Notes under the pieces: generated by a model
The model's input: only the letters and a program-made list of their open reading frames with translations
The model's database searches: none
Told to the model about the DNA's origin: nothing
Program-made: the position numbers and the translations under genes
In this document: positions 17,530-26,295 of the stretch, in pieces
Numbering within the stretch: position 1 is the first letter of the stretch
Layout of the letters: each line of letters opens with the position of its first letter
Source of the DNA: Coprobacillaceae bacterium
GTDB lineage: Bacteria; Bacillota_I; Bacilli_A; Erysipelotrichales; Coprobacillaceae
Reading direction: 5' to 3'
DNA: 32,000 bases
Assembly (NCBI GenBank): GCA_963675915.1
Contig: OY780959.1
Location: 150,001 to 182,000 of the forward strand

Positions 17530-18513
17530 ATGATGAACTATTTAAAATTAGACGATAAACATATTCAAATGGCATATGGAATCATGGGAGGTATCACATC
17601 ATTTCGTGTATATCCTTCTGGTGAACTTGAAAGTGTCAATTTAGGTGATTATAACATGGTTGTAACCCATGCAGGGGAGTTGAAGCCAGCCTATACTACC
17701 AATAGTCGCCGAAAACAGAAACCATCAATCACATTCCATAAAAACGGGATCATCAAGGCGGTTTCCTTGGAGGAGCAGACTGAAATTGAAACTCCGATCG
17801 GGACATTGCCGGTGGAGTATGTGACATTTTATGATTCAGGTGAGATTCATCGGGTATTTGTTGCCGATGGTCAAATCAGTGGTTTCTGGAGTGAAGAAGA
17901 GGAAAAGGAATACTCAATTCCTCTGACCTTTGAATTTGATTTTGCAAAATTCACAGCCAGATTGAATGGTCTGTGTTTCTATAAAAGCGGAGCGATAAAA
18001 TCGGTTACCCTTTATCCGGGAGAAGAAATTGAGCTGCAGACTCCAGCGGGTAAGTTGAAAACTACAATTGGTTTCTCGCTTTATGAAAACGGGGAACTTG
18101 AGTCGGTTGAACCAAGTAAAGAAGTGTTGATCAATACGGCGATAGGAATGTTTCTGGCATCTGATGAGACAGCTATCGGGGTCAATGCCGACAGTAACTC
18201 GATGAAATTTGATGAAAAAGGCCGCTTGGCATCTTTCAAGACGTCAGCTCACAGAATTGTTGTTACTACAAACGAAGGGGCATTTAAAGTATTTATGCCA
18301 ACCGAAGTGGCACATCCGCTACTTGATGAAGCAACCATGCTTTTGCCGATGGAAGTTGCTTTTGACTTTGAAAAGGATACCGTGACCCTCAAAACAAATG
18401 AAACCGGAGAATTTTCAATGGAGAAGGACAAGTTTGTCATCAATGAATTGCCAAAAGAGGGACCGGGTTGTTCACCGCTTGATTGTGCAACCTGCTCGAT
18501 CTGTAATAATTAA
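17530..18513 (+). CDS. Uncharacterised repeat protein (six ~31-34-aa F/Y-x-x-G-x-h-x-S-V units) with a C-terminal CX4CX2CX2C motif
   Basis: The repeats are YPSGELESVNL, FHKNGIIKAVSL, FYDSGEIHRVFV, FYKSGAIKSVTL, LYENGELESVEP and FDEKGRLASFKT, which are MORN-variant-like. The C-terminus is GPGCSPLDCATCSICNN. RBS AGGAGG lies 8 nt upstream. The gene ends 41 nt before sufC with no terminator. Confidence 0.6.
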   Translation: MMNYLKLDDKHIQMAYGIMGGITSFRVYPSGELESVNLGDYNMVVTHAGELKPAYTTNSRRKQKPSITFHKNGIIKAVSLEEQTEIETPIGTLPVEYVTFYDSGEIHRVFVADGQISGFWSEEEEKEYSIPLTFEFDFAKFTARLNGLCFYKSGAIKSVTLYPGEEIELQTPAGKLKTTIGFSLYENGELESVEPSKEVLINTAIGMFLASDETAIGVNADSNSMKFDEKGRLASFKTSAHRIVVTTNEGAFKVFMPTEVAHPLLDEATMLLPMEVAFDFEKDTVTLKTNETGEFSMEKDKFVINELPKEGPGCSPLDCATCSICNN

Positions 18514-18554
18514 CAAATAAGTATCACAAATAACAACGAAAGGGGGGCTTAGCT

Positions 18555-19385
18555 ATGGCAGTTATAAAAATAAAAGACCTTCACGTGGAAGTTGAAGGTA
18601 AAAAAATATTAAAAGGGGTTGATCTGGAAATCAATCCTGGTGAATCCCATGCATTAATGGGACCTAACGGTAACGGAAAATCAACTTTGCTTTCTACCAT
18701 CATGGGCAACCCTAAATATACAATTACCCAAGGTTCGATCGAACTTGATGGTAAGAATCTTACTAAGATGAGCGTTGATGAACGCTCAAAGGCCGGACTT
18801 TTTTTAGCTATGCAGTATCCTCAAGAAATCCCGGGAGTCACTACTTCTGATTTCCTGAGAGCGGCGATGAATTCCCGTCGGGAAAAACCGATTTCCCTGT
18901 TCAAGTTCATCAAGGAACTCGATGTAGCTATTGATGAATTGAAAATGGACGAAAACCTGGCTCACCGTTATCTAAACAGTGGCTTTTCGGGTGGGGAAAA
19001 GAAACGGAATGAAGTATTGCAGATGAAATTGCTTCAACCAAGCATTGCAATGCTTGACGAGATTGATTCCGGGCTTGATGTCGATGCGCTGAGAATCGTG
19101 GCTGATGCCGTAAACGAAATGCGCAGCGATGAATTCTCGCTGATCATGGTATCCCACTATGAAAGAATGTTCAAATTGGTCGAACCGACTCATGTTCACG
19201 TTATCGTGGATGGAAAGATCATTCTTGAAGGCGGGAAGGAACTGGTCGACCAAATTGATGTCGAAGGTTATGAATGGGTTAAGGAATTGGGAGTAAAAAT
19301 CGCTGGAGAAGAAGAAAAGAAACCGATCTTATTGGAAAATTGCGCTCATGCAAACAAATTCCAGAATGAGCCCCAATATCATTAA
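18555..19385 (+). CDS. sufC: Fe-S cluster assembly ATPase SufC
   Basis: LMGPNGNGKSTL (Walker A), FSGGEKKRNEVLQM (signature), AMLDEIDSGLD (Walker B) and VSHYERM. Confidence 0.92.
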   Translation: MAVIKIKDLHVEVEGKKILKGVDLEINPGESHALMGPNGNGKSTLLSTIMGNPKYTITQGSIELDGKNLTKMSVDERSKAGLFLAMQYPQEIPGVTTSDFLRAAMNSRREKPISLFKFIKELDVAIDELKMDENLAHRYLNSGFSGGEKKRNEVLQMKLLQPSIAMLDEIDSGLDVDALRIVADAVNEMRSDEFSLIMVSHYERMFKLVEPTHVHVIVDGKIILEGGKELVDQIDVEGYEWVKELGVKIAGEEEKKPILLENCAHANKFQNEPQYH

Positions 19386-20241
19386 TGTTCTGATAGTTGA
19401 CGGTACTCTTTCGCTGACTGATTTTGACGGTAATATTGAAATCAAGGGTGATGAAGTTATTGTCAATGAAAAGACTTCTTTGAAAGTTATTTACCGTTCC
19501 ACTCCAAAATCCCAACGATTCAACCTTAAAATCAAGGCCAGTCTCGACCTCTACGAGTTCTATGAAATGACTCAGGATTTCGAGATTGCCAAAACAATCG
19601 ATGTTTTTGAAAATGTCAATCTGAACCGCTATGTGGAAAATAGAATCCGCAACAATCCCCAGGCCAATATCGAGGAAACTGTGATAGTTCATGGTTCCAG
19701 CGTCAAATGCGCTTATCTCGATCTGGGTTACAATAAATCTGAAAACAAAATTCAATATATCTTGTCAAAACCCGGTAGTTATGCCGACATCCATTTGGGG
19801 GCTTTGAGCGATGGCTCAAAGAAATATTACGATATAGCTATGGTCCATACCAGCGGCCATACCTATGGTAATATGGACAACTATGGAATCGTCAAAAACA
19901 AAGGTAGTTTGATTATTGACGGAACCGGTAAAATCACCGAAGGTTCGGCCAAATCGAACACGCATCAGGTCAACAAGATAATTGTATTTGACCATAAATG
20001 TCAGGCTCAGGCCAATCCGTATCTTCTGGTCGATGAGTATGATGTCAATGCCTCCCATGGAGCCAGTGTTGGAAAGATTGATGATGAACAACTGTTCTAT
20101 CTTCAATCAAGAGGACTGTCTTCCCATGAAGCAATGAGCCTGGTTACCATTGGCTATTTCATGCCGGTAATCAATTATATCAATGATGAAACAATCAAAG
20201 AAGATGTGACAAATTTACTAAAGGAGAGGGTGATCATGTGA
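19348..20241 (+). CDS. sufD: Fe-S cluster assembly protein SufD (short form)
   Basis: The C-terminal beta-helix and SufBD signature (HTSGHTYGN, ...VNASHGASVGKIDDEQLFYLQSRGLS..A..L) are present. The start is uncertain (19348 or ATG 19366) and overlaps the sufC 3' end. Confidence 0.8.
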   Translation: MQTNSRMSPNIINVLIVDGTLSLTDFDGNIEIKGDEVIVNEKTSLKVIYRSTPKSQRFNLKIKASLDLYEFYEMTQDFEIAKTIDVFENVNLNRYVENRIRNNPQANIEETVIVHGSSVKCAYLDLGYNKSENKIQYILSKPGSYADIHLGALSDGSKKYYDIAMVHTSGHTYGNMDNYGIVKNKGSLIIDGTGKITEGSAKSNTHQVNKIIVFDHKCQAQANPYLLVDEYDVNASHGASVGKIDDEQLFYLQSRGLSSHEAMSLVTIGYFMPVINYINDETIKEDVTNLLKERVIM

Positions 20242-21464
20242 TGTTCGACGTTGAAAAAATCCGTCAGGACTTTCCTGTCCTGCAAAATGCAACCATGCAA
20301 GGCAAACCGGTTGTTTATCTTGATAATGGAGCGACAACCCTCAAACCGCAATGTGTCATCGATGCAGTTGTCAACTACTACAGCAATTTAAGTGCCAATG
20401 CCCACCGCGGGGATTACGACCTTTCTTTGCAGGTCGATGAACTTTTTGAAGGAGTCCGCGACAAGGTGGCTAATCTGATCAACTGTGACCGTGATGAAGT
20501 CATTTTCACTGCCGGAACGACCGACTCGATCAATATGGTGGCCTATGGCTACGGTCTCACTCACCTTAAGGGCGAAGATCAGATGCTCCTCAATTTCGGG
20601 GAACATGCTTCTAATACGCTGCCTTGGTTCGATGTCTGTGAACAGACTGGATGCCAACTTGATTATATCGAGTTGGATGATCAGGGTAAGGTCACCCTGG
20701 AAAATGTCAAAAAAGCCGTCAAGCCCAATACCCGCCTGGTGGCGATTGCCCAGGTGACCAATGTGCTAGGCTATGAAATAGATTTAAAAGCGATTATTGA
20801 ATATCTCCATGAAAAGGATATCGTGGTCGTGGTTGACGGGGCCCAATCGGTTCCCCACAACCAGGTTGATGTTCAGAAACTCGACGCAGATTTCCTGGCT
20901 TTCTCGGCCCACAAGATGTGCGGTCCGACTGGAGTCGGAGTCCTTTATGGAAAAATGGAACTGCTCGAAGCAATGAAACCAATCCGTTATGGTGGTGGTT
21001 CAAATGCCCGTTATGATAAGGAATGCAACCTTAAACTTAAAGATATTCCGACCCGATTCGAATCAGGGACGCCCAATATTGCCGGAGTGATCGGTTTTGG
21101 AGCGGCGATCGACTATCTAAACGAAATCGGTTTTGCGAATATCCATGAACATGAAATAAAATTGCGTCAGTACGCAATCGATAAATTGAAACAAATCGAC
21201 AAGGTTATCATCTACAATCAGGATTCGACCGGACCGATAGCATTCAATATCAAGGATGTCTTCGCTCAGGATGTCGCATCTCTTTTCAACAAGGAAGGGA
21301 TTGCGGTTAGAAACGGTAACCACTGTGCGAAAATCCTCGACAACTTCCTGGGAGTCAACCAGACTCTTCGGGCAAGTCTGTATTTCTACAATACCTATGA
21401 GGATATTGATCGATTTGTAGAAGTCTGCAAGAAAGGAGATGACTTTCTCGATGCCTTCTTTTAA
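20238..21464 (+). CDS. sufS: Cysteine desulfurase SufS (class II, PLP-dependent)
   Basis: FSAHKMCGPTGVGVLYG carries the PLP lysine and RNGNHCAKIL the catalytic Cys loop. The N-terminus is IRQDFPVL...VYLDNGATT. The start overlaps the sufD stop. Confidence 0.92.
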   Translation: MMFDVEKIRQDFPVLQNATMQGKPVVYLDNGATTLKPQCVIDAVVNYYSNLSANAHRGDYDLSLQVDELFEGVRDKVANLINCDRDEVIFTAGTTDSINMVAYGYGLTHLKGEDQMLLNFGEHASNTLPWFDVCEQTGCQLDYIELDDQGKVTLENVKKAVKPNTRLVAIAQVTNVLGYEIDLKAIIEYLHEKDIVVVVDGAQSVPHNQVDVQKLDADFLAFSAHKMCGPTGVGVLYGKMELLEAMKPIRYGGGSNARYDKECNLKLKDIPTRFESGTPNIAGVIGFGAAIDYLNEIGFANIHEHEIKLRQYAIDKLKQIDKVIIYNQDSTGPIAFNIKDVFAQDVASLFNKEGIAVRNGNHCAKILDNFLGVNQTLRASLYFYNTYEDIDRFVEVCKKGDDFLDAFF

Positions 21465-21882
21465 TGAGGAAGAATTGTACAAGGCGATTATCCTGGACCA
21501 TTACAAGGATCCGCGAAATCACAACCTTGTCGATGATGAAAACTATAAGCAAGTAAATATGGATTCGGCTACCTGTATCGATAATATCGATATCCAGCTG
21601 CTGATGGATGGTGATGTGATCAAGGATATCCGTTTCGACGGGGAAGCCTGTGCCATCTCGACCGCTTCAACTTCAATCATGACTGAATTGCTGATTGGCA
21701 AAACCCGTGAAGAAGCAAAGGTCATCATCGATAATTTCAACAATATGATTTTTGAACGCGATTATGATGAAGATGTGATCGAAGAGGCGATAGCCTTCAA
21801 GAACACCCATAAGCAGGCCAGCCGGATCAAATGTGCAACCATTGGCTGGAATGGAATCGAAAAGTTGCTAAACGAGAAATAG
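21439..21882 (+). CDS. sufU: Zinc-dependent sulfur-transfer/scaffold protein SufU
   Basis: LYKAIILDHYKDPRN is followed by the Zn/persulfide ligand contexts ATCIDN, GEACAISTAS and IKCATIGW. The start may be ATG 21451. Confidence 0.88.
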   Translation: MTFSMPSFNEEELYKAIILDHYKDPRNHNLVDDENYKQVNMDSATCIDNIDIQLLMDGDVIKDIRFDGEACAISTASTSIMTELLIGKTREEAKVIIDNFNNMIFERDYDEDVIEEAIAFKNTHKQASRIKCATIGWNGIEKLLNEK

Positions 21883-21891
21883 GTGGTAAAT

Positions 21892-23298
21892 ATGGAAAAC
21901 GAAGAAAACAAGATCCCATTTGAAACCGAAGATTTCGGCGCGGCTGATGAGGTAGACAATTATTACACTTCGATAAGAGGACTTAAAGAAGAAGTAGTGA
22001 TTGAAATGTCGAAAATCAAAGGTGAACCCGAATGGATGCTGGAGTATCGTTTAAAAGCGTTACGTAAATTCAAGGAGATGCCAATGCCCACTTGGGGTGT
22101 TGATCTGAGTGAATTGGATTTTGAAGATTACATTTATTATATCAAACCGTCGGAACGTCAGACGGATAAATGGGAAGATGTACCTGACACAATCAAAGAT
22201 ACATTCGACCGTTTGGGGCTGCCGGAGGCGGAACAAAAATTCCTGGCCGGGGTTTCCACTCAATACGAATCGGAAGTTGTCTATCACAACATGATCGAAG
22301 AGTTGAATGAAAAAGGCGTGGTCTTTTTGGATACCGACTCGGGACTTAAACAATATCCGGAACTGTTCAAAAAATACTTCGATACGGTAATTCCGTATAC
22401 TGACAACAAGTTCTCGGCTTTAAACGGAGCTTTCTGGTCGGGCGGATCATTTGTCTATGTCCCTCCGGGAGTTTCACTGGATAAGCCGATTCAATCATAT
22501 TTTAGAATCAATACCGAAAGTTCGGGACAGTTTGAAAGAACCCTGATTATCGTTGATGAAGGGGCGGACATCCATTATGTCGAAGGCTGCACCGCACCGG
22601 CATTCTCGAAGGATGCCTTGCATTCGGGAGTTGTGGAAATCGTGGTGCTTGACAATGCCAAGTGCCGTTATACGACGATCCAGAACTGGTCGCACAACAT
22701 CCTCAACCTGGTAACCCAAAGAGCGAAGGTCGGAACCAATGCTTCGATGGAATGGGTTGATGGTAATATCGGAAGTGGCAAGACCATGAAATATCCTTGC
22801 TGCGTCTTGGCTGGTGACAATTCCAAGGGAAGTGCCATCACCGTAGCTGTGGCCCGTCAGGGTCAGGTGATCGACTCGGGAGCGAAAATGATCCACTTAG
22901 GCAAGAATACTGCCAGTACGATTATCTCCAAATCAATTGCCTTAAACGGCGGTAAAGCCAACTATCGGGGTCTGGTCCGTCATAATCCGACCGCCCACAA
23001 GGCCAAGACCAAAGTCGAGTGTGATACGATGATCATTGATGCGATTTCGACTTCGGACACCTTGCCGACCAACCTGTCCTTGAATGATGATTCGATCATT
23101 GAACATGAAGCGACAGTTTCCAAGATTTCCGAAGAACAGCTGTTCTATTTGATGTCAAGAGGACTGAGTGAAGCCCAGGCGTCGGAAATGATCGTCATGG
23201 GATTCATCGAACCGTTCTCAAGGGAACTGCCGATGGAATATGCAGTTGAACTTAACCAACTGATCAAGATGGACTTTGGAGACAGTAAAATTGGATAA
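21892..23298 (+). CDS. sufB: Fe-S cluster assembly scaffold SufB
   Basis: ~468 aa with [34 protein letters not shown] and [31 protein letters not shown] 21892 follows AGGTGG; the track ORF starts at GTG 21883. Confidence 0.93.
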   Translation: MENEENKIPFETEDFGAADEVDNYYTSIRGLKEEVVIEMSKIKGEPEWMLEYRLKALRKFKEMPMPTWGVDLSELDFEDYIYYIKPSERQTDKWEDVPDTIKDTFDRLGLPEAEQKFLAGVSTQYESEVVYHNMIEELNEKGVVFLDTDSGLKQYPELFKKYFDTVIPYTDNKFSALNGAFWSGGSFVYVPPGVSLDKPIQSYFRINTESSGQFERTLIIVDEGADIHYVEGCTAPAFSKDALHSGVVEIVVLDNAKCRYTTIQNWSHNILNLVTQRAKVGTNASMEWVDGNIGSGKTMKYPCCVLAGDNSKGSAITVAVARQGQVIDSGAKMIHLGKNTASTIISKSIALNGGKANYRGLVRHNPTAHKAKTKVECDTMIIDAISTSDTLPTNLSLNDDSIIEHEATVSKISEEQLFYLMSRGLSEAQASEMIVMGFIEPFSRELPMEYAVELNQLIKMDFGDSKIG

Positions 23299-23531
23299 TC
23301 ATTTCAACAGCGTGATTGTGGCAAAAAGTGTTTCAAGATTCCTTTTTTAATCTGATTTAATTCATTGCCAATTCACTTGTTTCAATTTTACATTAAGGGT
23401 TTATCATAAATTTGATAGCCAGTATAAAGTGCAAATAGAGTATTATATCCCCATATAAAAACTTGATGAACCAGACTACAAATATTAGCCTGCGTGGCAT
23501 ATTAATAAATCAAATATTTAGGAGCCAGATT

Positions 23532-23951
23532 ATGTTAAATTACGAGACCAATGAAGTAATGGCGTTAGAAATCGCTGAATTTTTGAAAAGTTTTGATATC
23601 TACCACGATACCAATATTTTTTATAACGGCAAATTGATGACAATTGACAGTGAAACCCAGGAATTGATAATTGAAGATGACATCAACGTCAAAGATTATG
23701 TGGATCATGGTAACCCGGAGATGATAACTCTGCAATATCAAGGAGATAAATCTTTGTACGCAATTGTCAATGGTGGAGCCAGAGATATTGAATCATTAAA
23801 AAAATACAATAAAATTGTAAGTTCGCTGATTAAGTTGAGCGAAAAATACAACAGATGGTATGAGTTGGGATCAGATACCTGTCTCTACTTTGTATCTGAT
23901 GATGAGGATGTATTTATCACAATTGATAAATATGATTTCAACGAAGAATAA
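23532..23951 (+). CDS. Hypothetical acidic protein
   Basis: ORF 23463..23951 is trimmed to ATG 23532, which lies 7 nt after AGGAG. I recognise no motif. Confidence 0.5.
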   Translation: MLNYETNEVMALEIAEFLKSFDIYHDTNIFYNGKLMTIDSETQELIIEDDINVKDYVDHGNPEMITLQYQGDKSLYAIVNGGARDIESLKKYNKIVSSLIKLSEKYNRWYELGSDTCLYFVSDDEDVFITIDKYDFNEE

Positions 23952-23978
23952 TATTACTAAGATAAATAACATTAAAAA

Positions 23979-24016
23979 ATCCAGTTTTGCGATATAACTG
24001 CAAAACTGGATTTTTA
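23979..24016. terminator. Strong (bidirectional-looking) rho-independent terminator
   Basis: A perfect 12-bp stem ATCCAGTTTTGC / GCAAAACTGGAT with a 9-nt loop is flanked by an A-run upstream and TTTTT downstream. Confidence 0.8.
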
Positions 24017-24035
24017 TTGGTTTGTATTATTGAAA

Positions 24036-24065
24036 TAGAAAAAAGACACTACTGGCATAGTGTCT
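24036..24065 (-). terminator. Minus-strand rho-independent terminator, 12 nt beyond the CCA end of the tRNA-like fragment
   Basis: An 8-bp stem AGACACTA / TAGTGTCT with a 6-nt loop. On the minus strand it is followed by TTTTTCTATTTC. Confidence 0.6.
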
Positions 24066-24077
24066 AAAGTTCATAAA

Positions 24078-24108
24078 TGGTGCGGGTGACAGGAATTAGA
24101 AAACCTGT
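24078..24108 (-). other. tRNA 3'-end-like fragment (acceptor arm + CCA + degenerate T-arm); candidate att junction of the island
   Basis: The minus strand reads ACAGG-TTTTCTAATT-CCTGT-CACCCGC-A-CCA. That is a T-stem, acceptor 3' strand, discriminator and CCA, but with a 10-nt instead of 7-nt T-loop. No matching 5' acceptor strand (GCGGGTG), D-arm or anticodon arm lies upstream. Confidence 0.45.
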
Positions 24109-24190
24109 TATTTTATGTTTTTTTGCCCCTAAAAACCTGCAAAAACGGCTTGTATTAGGCAATATAATGTACCAGATATTTCGTTTGCCA

Positions 24191-25306
24191 TTATTTTCGT
24201 GGCAAGTTTGTGGCAAGATCATTCAAGTTTTTGACTAATATATCATCGCTGTTAGGCATGAGGTGGCTGTACGTGTTTAGGGTCATTGAGATGTCAGAAT
24301 GGCCCAGCCTATGAGCAACCTGGACGATAGTATTGCCACGACTTATCAATATTGACGCATGACTGTGCCTAAAGTCGTGGATTCTAATTCTTTTCACTTT
24401 TGCTTCATCACAATATCGATTCTTTCGTGCTTCAATTGTTGTATCACTTAAGGGGGTATTAAGACCGAAAACAAACATATCCTTAGTGAATCCTGCGCGT
24501 TGCATTTCTTGATTGTAAAGATGTGCTAATGCATTCTTTGCTGGATCTGGTAGGGAAATTGACCTGATAGCAGTTTTAGTCTTAGGTGGGGTTATTACAT
24601 ATGGCTTCCCTTTAATCTTACACGAGCAGGTCTTGTTAATTTTGATTGATCCAAAGTCATTGAATACATCATTCCAAGTTAGGGCTTGGAGTTCTCCTCT
24701 TCTAGTGCCTGTCCAATACATGACTATGTAAAATGTTTTGTAAATTAGTGAAACATCATCGTCAGGTATCACAGCTATAAATTGCTCGAATTCAGTAAGA
24801 GTCCATATTTTCATTTCCTTCTTCAGTTCACCCTTGTTTTCAAAGTTTCCATTTTTTATCGCTACATTTGCCGGTATGTCGTAAAATTTAACACCGTAGT
24901 TTAGAACTTTAGTTAGGCAATTGAAAATACCTCTTTTATACCTGGTAGAATATTTTTGTTCGTTCATTACGTCTTGCCACTTCTTTACATCGCGGACGGT
25001 TATTTTATTGATTTTCCGATCTTTAAAATGAGGTAACACATGCCGCTCAATTTTATAGCGTGTGGTTTGAACTGTTGTTTCTTTTAGCCTTCCAGACGAA
25101 TATTCTATATATTCAGTATATAGTTCACCAAAAGTGATGTCATTGGTTATTGGGTTCTTATTCGCCAAAATCGCTTTCGCTTCGGCATCAACAGCGTCTT
25201 TTCTTTTTTCGAAACCAACTCGCTTCTGCTCACGCCATTTACCATTATGATCTTTATAACGTATCCGGTATTGCCAATGTTTTTCGCCATATTTACTAAC
25301 TGTCAT
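24191..25306 (-). CDS. int: Tyrosine site-specific integrase (phage integrase family)
   Basis: YWTGTRRGEL (catalytic R), IHDFRHSHAS (H-x-x-R) and LGHSDISMTLNTYSHL (H...Y nucleophile). The N-terminal arm-type domain is KYGEKHWQYRIRYKDHNGKWREQKRVGF. Confidence 0.92.
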   Translation of the reverse strand: MTVSKYGEKHWQYRIRYKDHNGKWREQKRVGFEKRKDAVDAEAKAILANKNPITNDITFGELYTEYIEYSSGRLKETTVQTTRYKIERHVLPHFKDRKINKITVRDVKKWQDVMNEQKYSTRYKRGIFNCLTKVLNYGVKFYDIPANVAIKNGNFENKGELKKEMKIWTLTEFEQFIAVIPDDDVSLIYKTFYIVMYWTGTRRGELQALTWNDVFNDFGSIKINKTCSCKIKGKPYVITPPKTKTAIRSISLPDPAKNALAHLYNQEMQRAGFTKDMFVFGLNTPLSDTTIEARKNRYCDEAKVKRIRIHDFRHSHASILISRGNTIVQVAHRLGHSDISMTLNTYSHLMPNSDDILVKNLNDLATNLPRK

Positions 25307-25336
25307 TTTATCACTTCTCCTTTTCTTTATTCTTGT

Positions 25337-25379
25337 GTCATGATAAAATACAGGTGTTACGATATTTATATATCATGAC
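25337..25379. repeat. 9-bp perfect inverted repeat upstream of int
   Basis: GTCATGATA (25337-25345) and TATCATGAC (25371-25379) are separated by 25 nt. They lie between the int start codon and the hairpin that follows the repressor gene. Confidence 0.5.
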
Positions 25380-25381
25380 GT

Positions 25382-25408
25382 AGTCCCAGTTGCAGCTGGG
25401 GCTTTTTT
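25382..25408. terminator. Hairpin with U-tract (plus-strand sense) between the repressor gene and int
   Basis: AGTCCCAGT-TGCA-GCTGGGGCT is followed by TTTTTT on the + strand. On the minus strand the hairpin follows the repressor stop codon but lacks a U-tract. Confidence 0.45.
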
Positions 25409-26036
25409 ATTCGCCTTTCAATATGAAAACATTTTCGTAATATAAGTAATTTCTTATCAATTGAATTGCTACACCATGTATTTCACATCCAGTATCAGCA
25501 ATGTCAAAAGGCTTGCCGTCATGCTGAAGAGAAATAAACTCATATTCGTTTTTTGCTTCGTTATAACCGGTGTACCTGGCGAGACGGAGAAATAACCGAT
25601 TTTTGTCTGAAACAAATACGAGATCACCTCTACGATAGTTCTGTCTCTTTTCGAAAATAAGAATATCATCCTCCATGTATTCAAGCGTATCGTTAGCTAA
25701 ATCATCAACATATAATGCTATCAGATGATTATAATTTGCAAACTTTCTATCGATATTGATAGATTCAAATTTTCGTTTAAAAGACCTGGTTTTGAAAAAT
25801 GGTACCTCTATTGTTATTTTGTCATCGCTTGGTAATGATAGCAATGTAGAGATTGAGACCTCCAATGCCTTGGACAAATCCTCTAGTTTTGACAACGGCA
25901 AATCCAATTCACCGCTTTCCAATCTTGATATGGAGGATCTGTCATTATATCCTATTGATTTTGCCAGCTTTGTTTGACTTATCCCTTTTTGAGTTCTAAA
26001 TTCTTTGATTCTTTCGTGTAGGTTCGTTATATCCAT
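25407..26036 (-). CDS. XRE-family HTH repressor with a C-terminal LexA/S24-like domain lacking an obvious Ser/Lys dyad (cI/Stl-like master repressor)
   Basis: IKEFRTQKGISQTKLAKSIGYNDRSSISRLESGELDLPLSKLEDLSKALEVSISTLL is an HTH_3 domain. The C-terminal half has S24 topology (DILIFEKRQNYRRGDLVFV...RLFLRLARY), but NDTLEY replaces the GDSM motif. RBS AAGGAGG is present. Confidence 0.8.
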   Translation of the reverse strand: MDITNLHERIKEFRTQKGISQTKLAKSIGYNDRSSISRLESGELDLPLSKLEDLSKALEVSISTLLSLPSDDKITIEVPFFKTRSFKRKFESINIDRKFANYNHLIALYVDDLANDTLEYMEDDILIFEKRQNYRRGDLVFVSDKNRLFLRLARYTGYNEAKNEYEFISLQHDGKPFDIADTGCEIHGVAIQLIRNYLYYENVFILKGE

Positions 26037-26055
26037 GTTTTTCCTCCTTTAATAT

Positions 26056-26211
26056 ATTATATATCAATGACGTTGATTTTCAACACAAAATATGAGATTC
26101 CAAATAGTTGTGCTTGAAACTGACCGATTCTTGGCTATCCTACCTTATATGTTGCTCAAATGGAGCATGAAATATATTTGTGTTGATATTACATCACGAT
26201 CGTGGTAAAAT
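26056..26211. promoter_or_regulatory. Divergent switch region: leftward (repressor) and rightward promoters with palindromic candidate operators
   Basis: Leftward: TTGAAA (26083-26078), 16 nt, TATAAT (26061-26056), with the inverted repeat ATCAA-N5-TTGAT (26063-26077) in the spacer. Rightward: TTGATA (26183-26188), 17 nt, TAAAAT (26206-26211), with the perfect palindrome CACGATCGTG (26195-26204) in the spacer. Confidence 0.5.
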
Positions 26212-26295
26212 CAAACCATGGGCAAAGCATCGATGATGTAGCCCTGAAAAATAACCAGTGTAGCTTTTGTTGCAATGGGGAAAGGAGGAAAACAT

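Noticed and set aside
24078-24160. Intact tRNA gene on the minus strand
   Set aside because: Only the acceptor 3' strand, CCA and a T-arm with a 10-nt loop are present. There is no complementary 5' acceptor strand (GCGGGTG), D-arm or anticodon arm. It is treated as a fragment or att scar.
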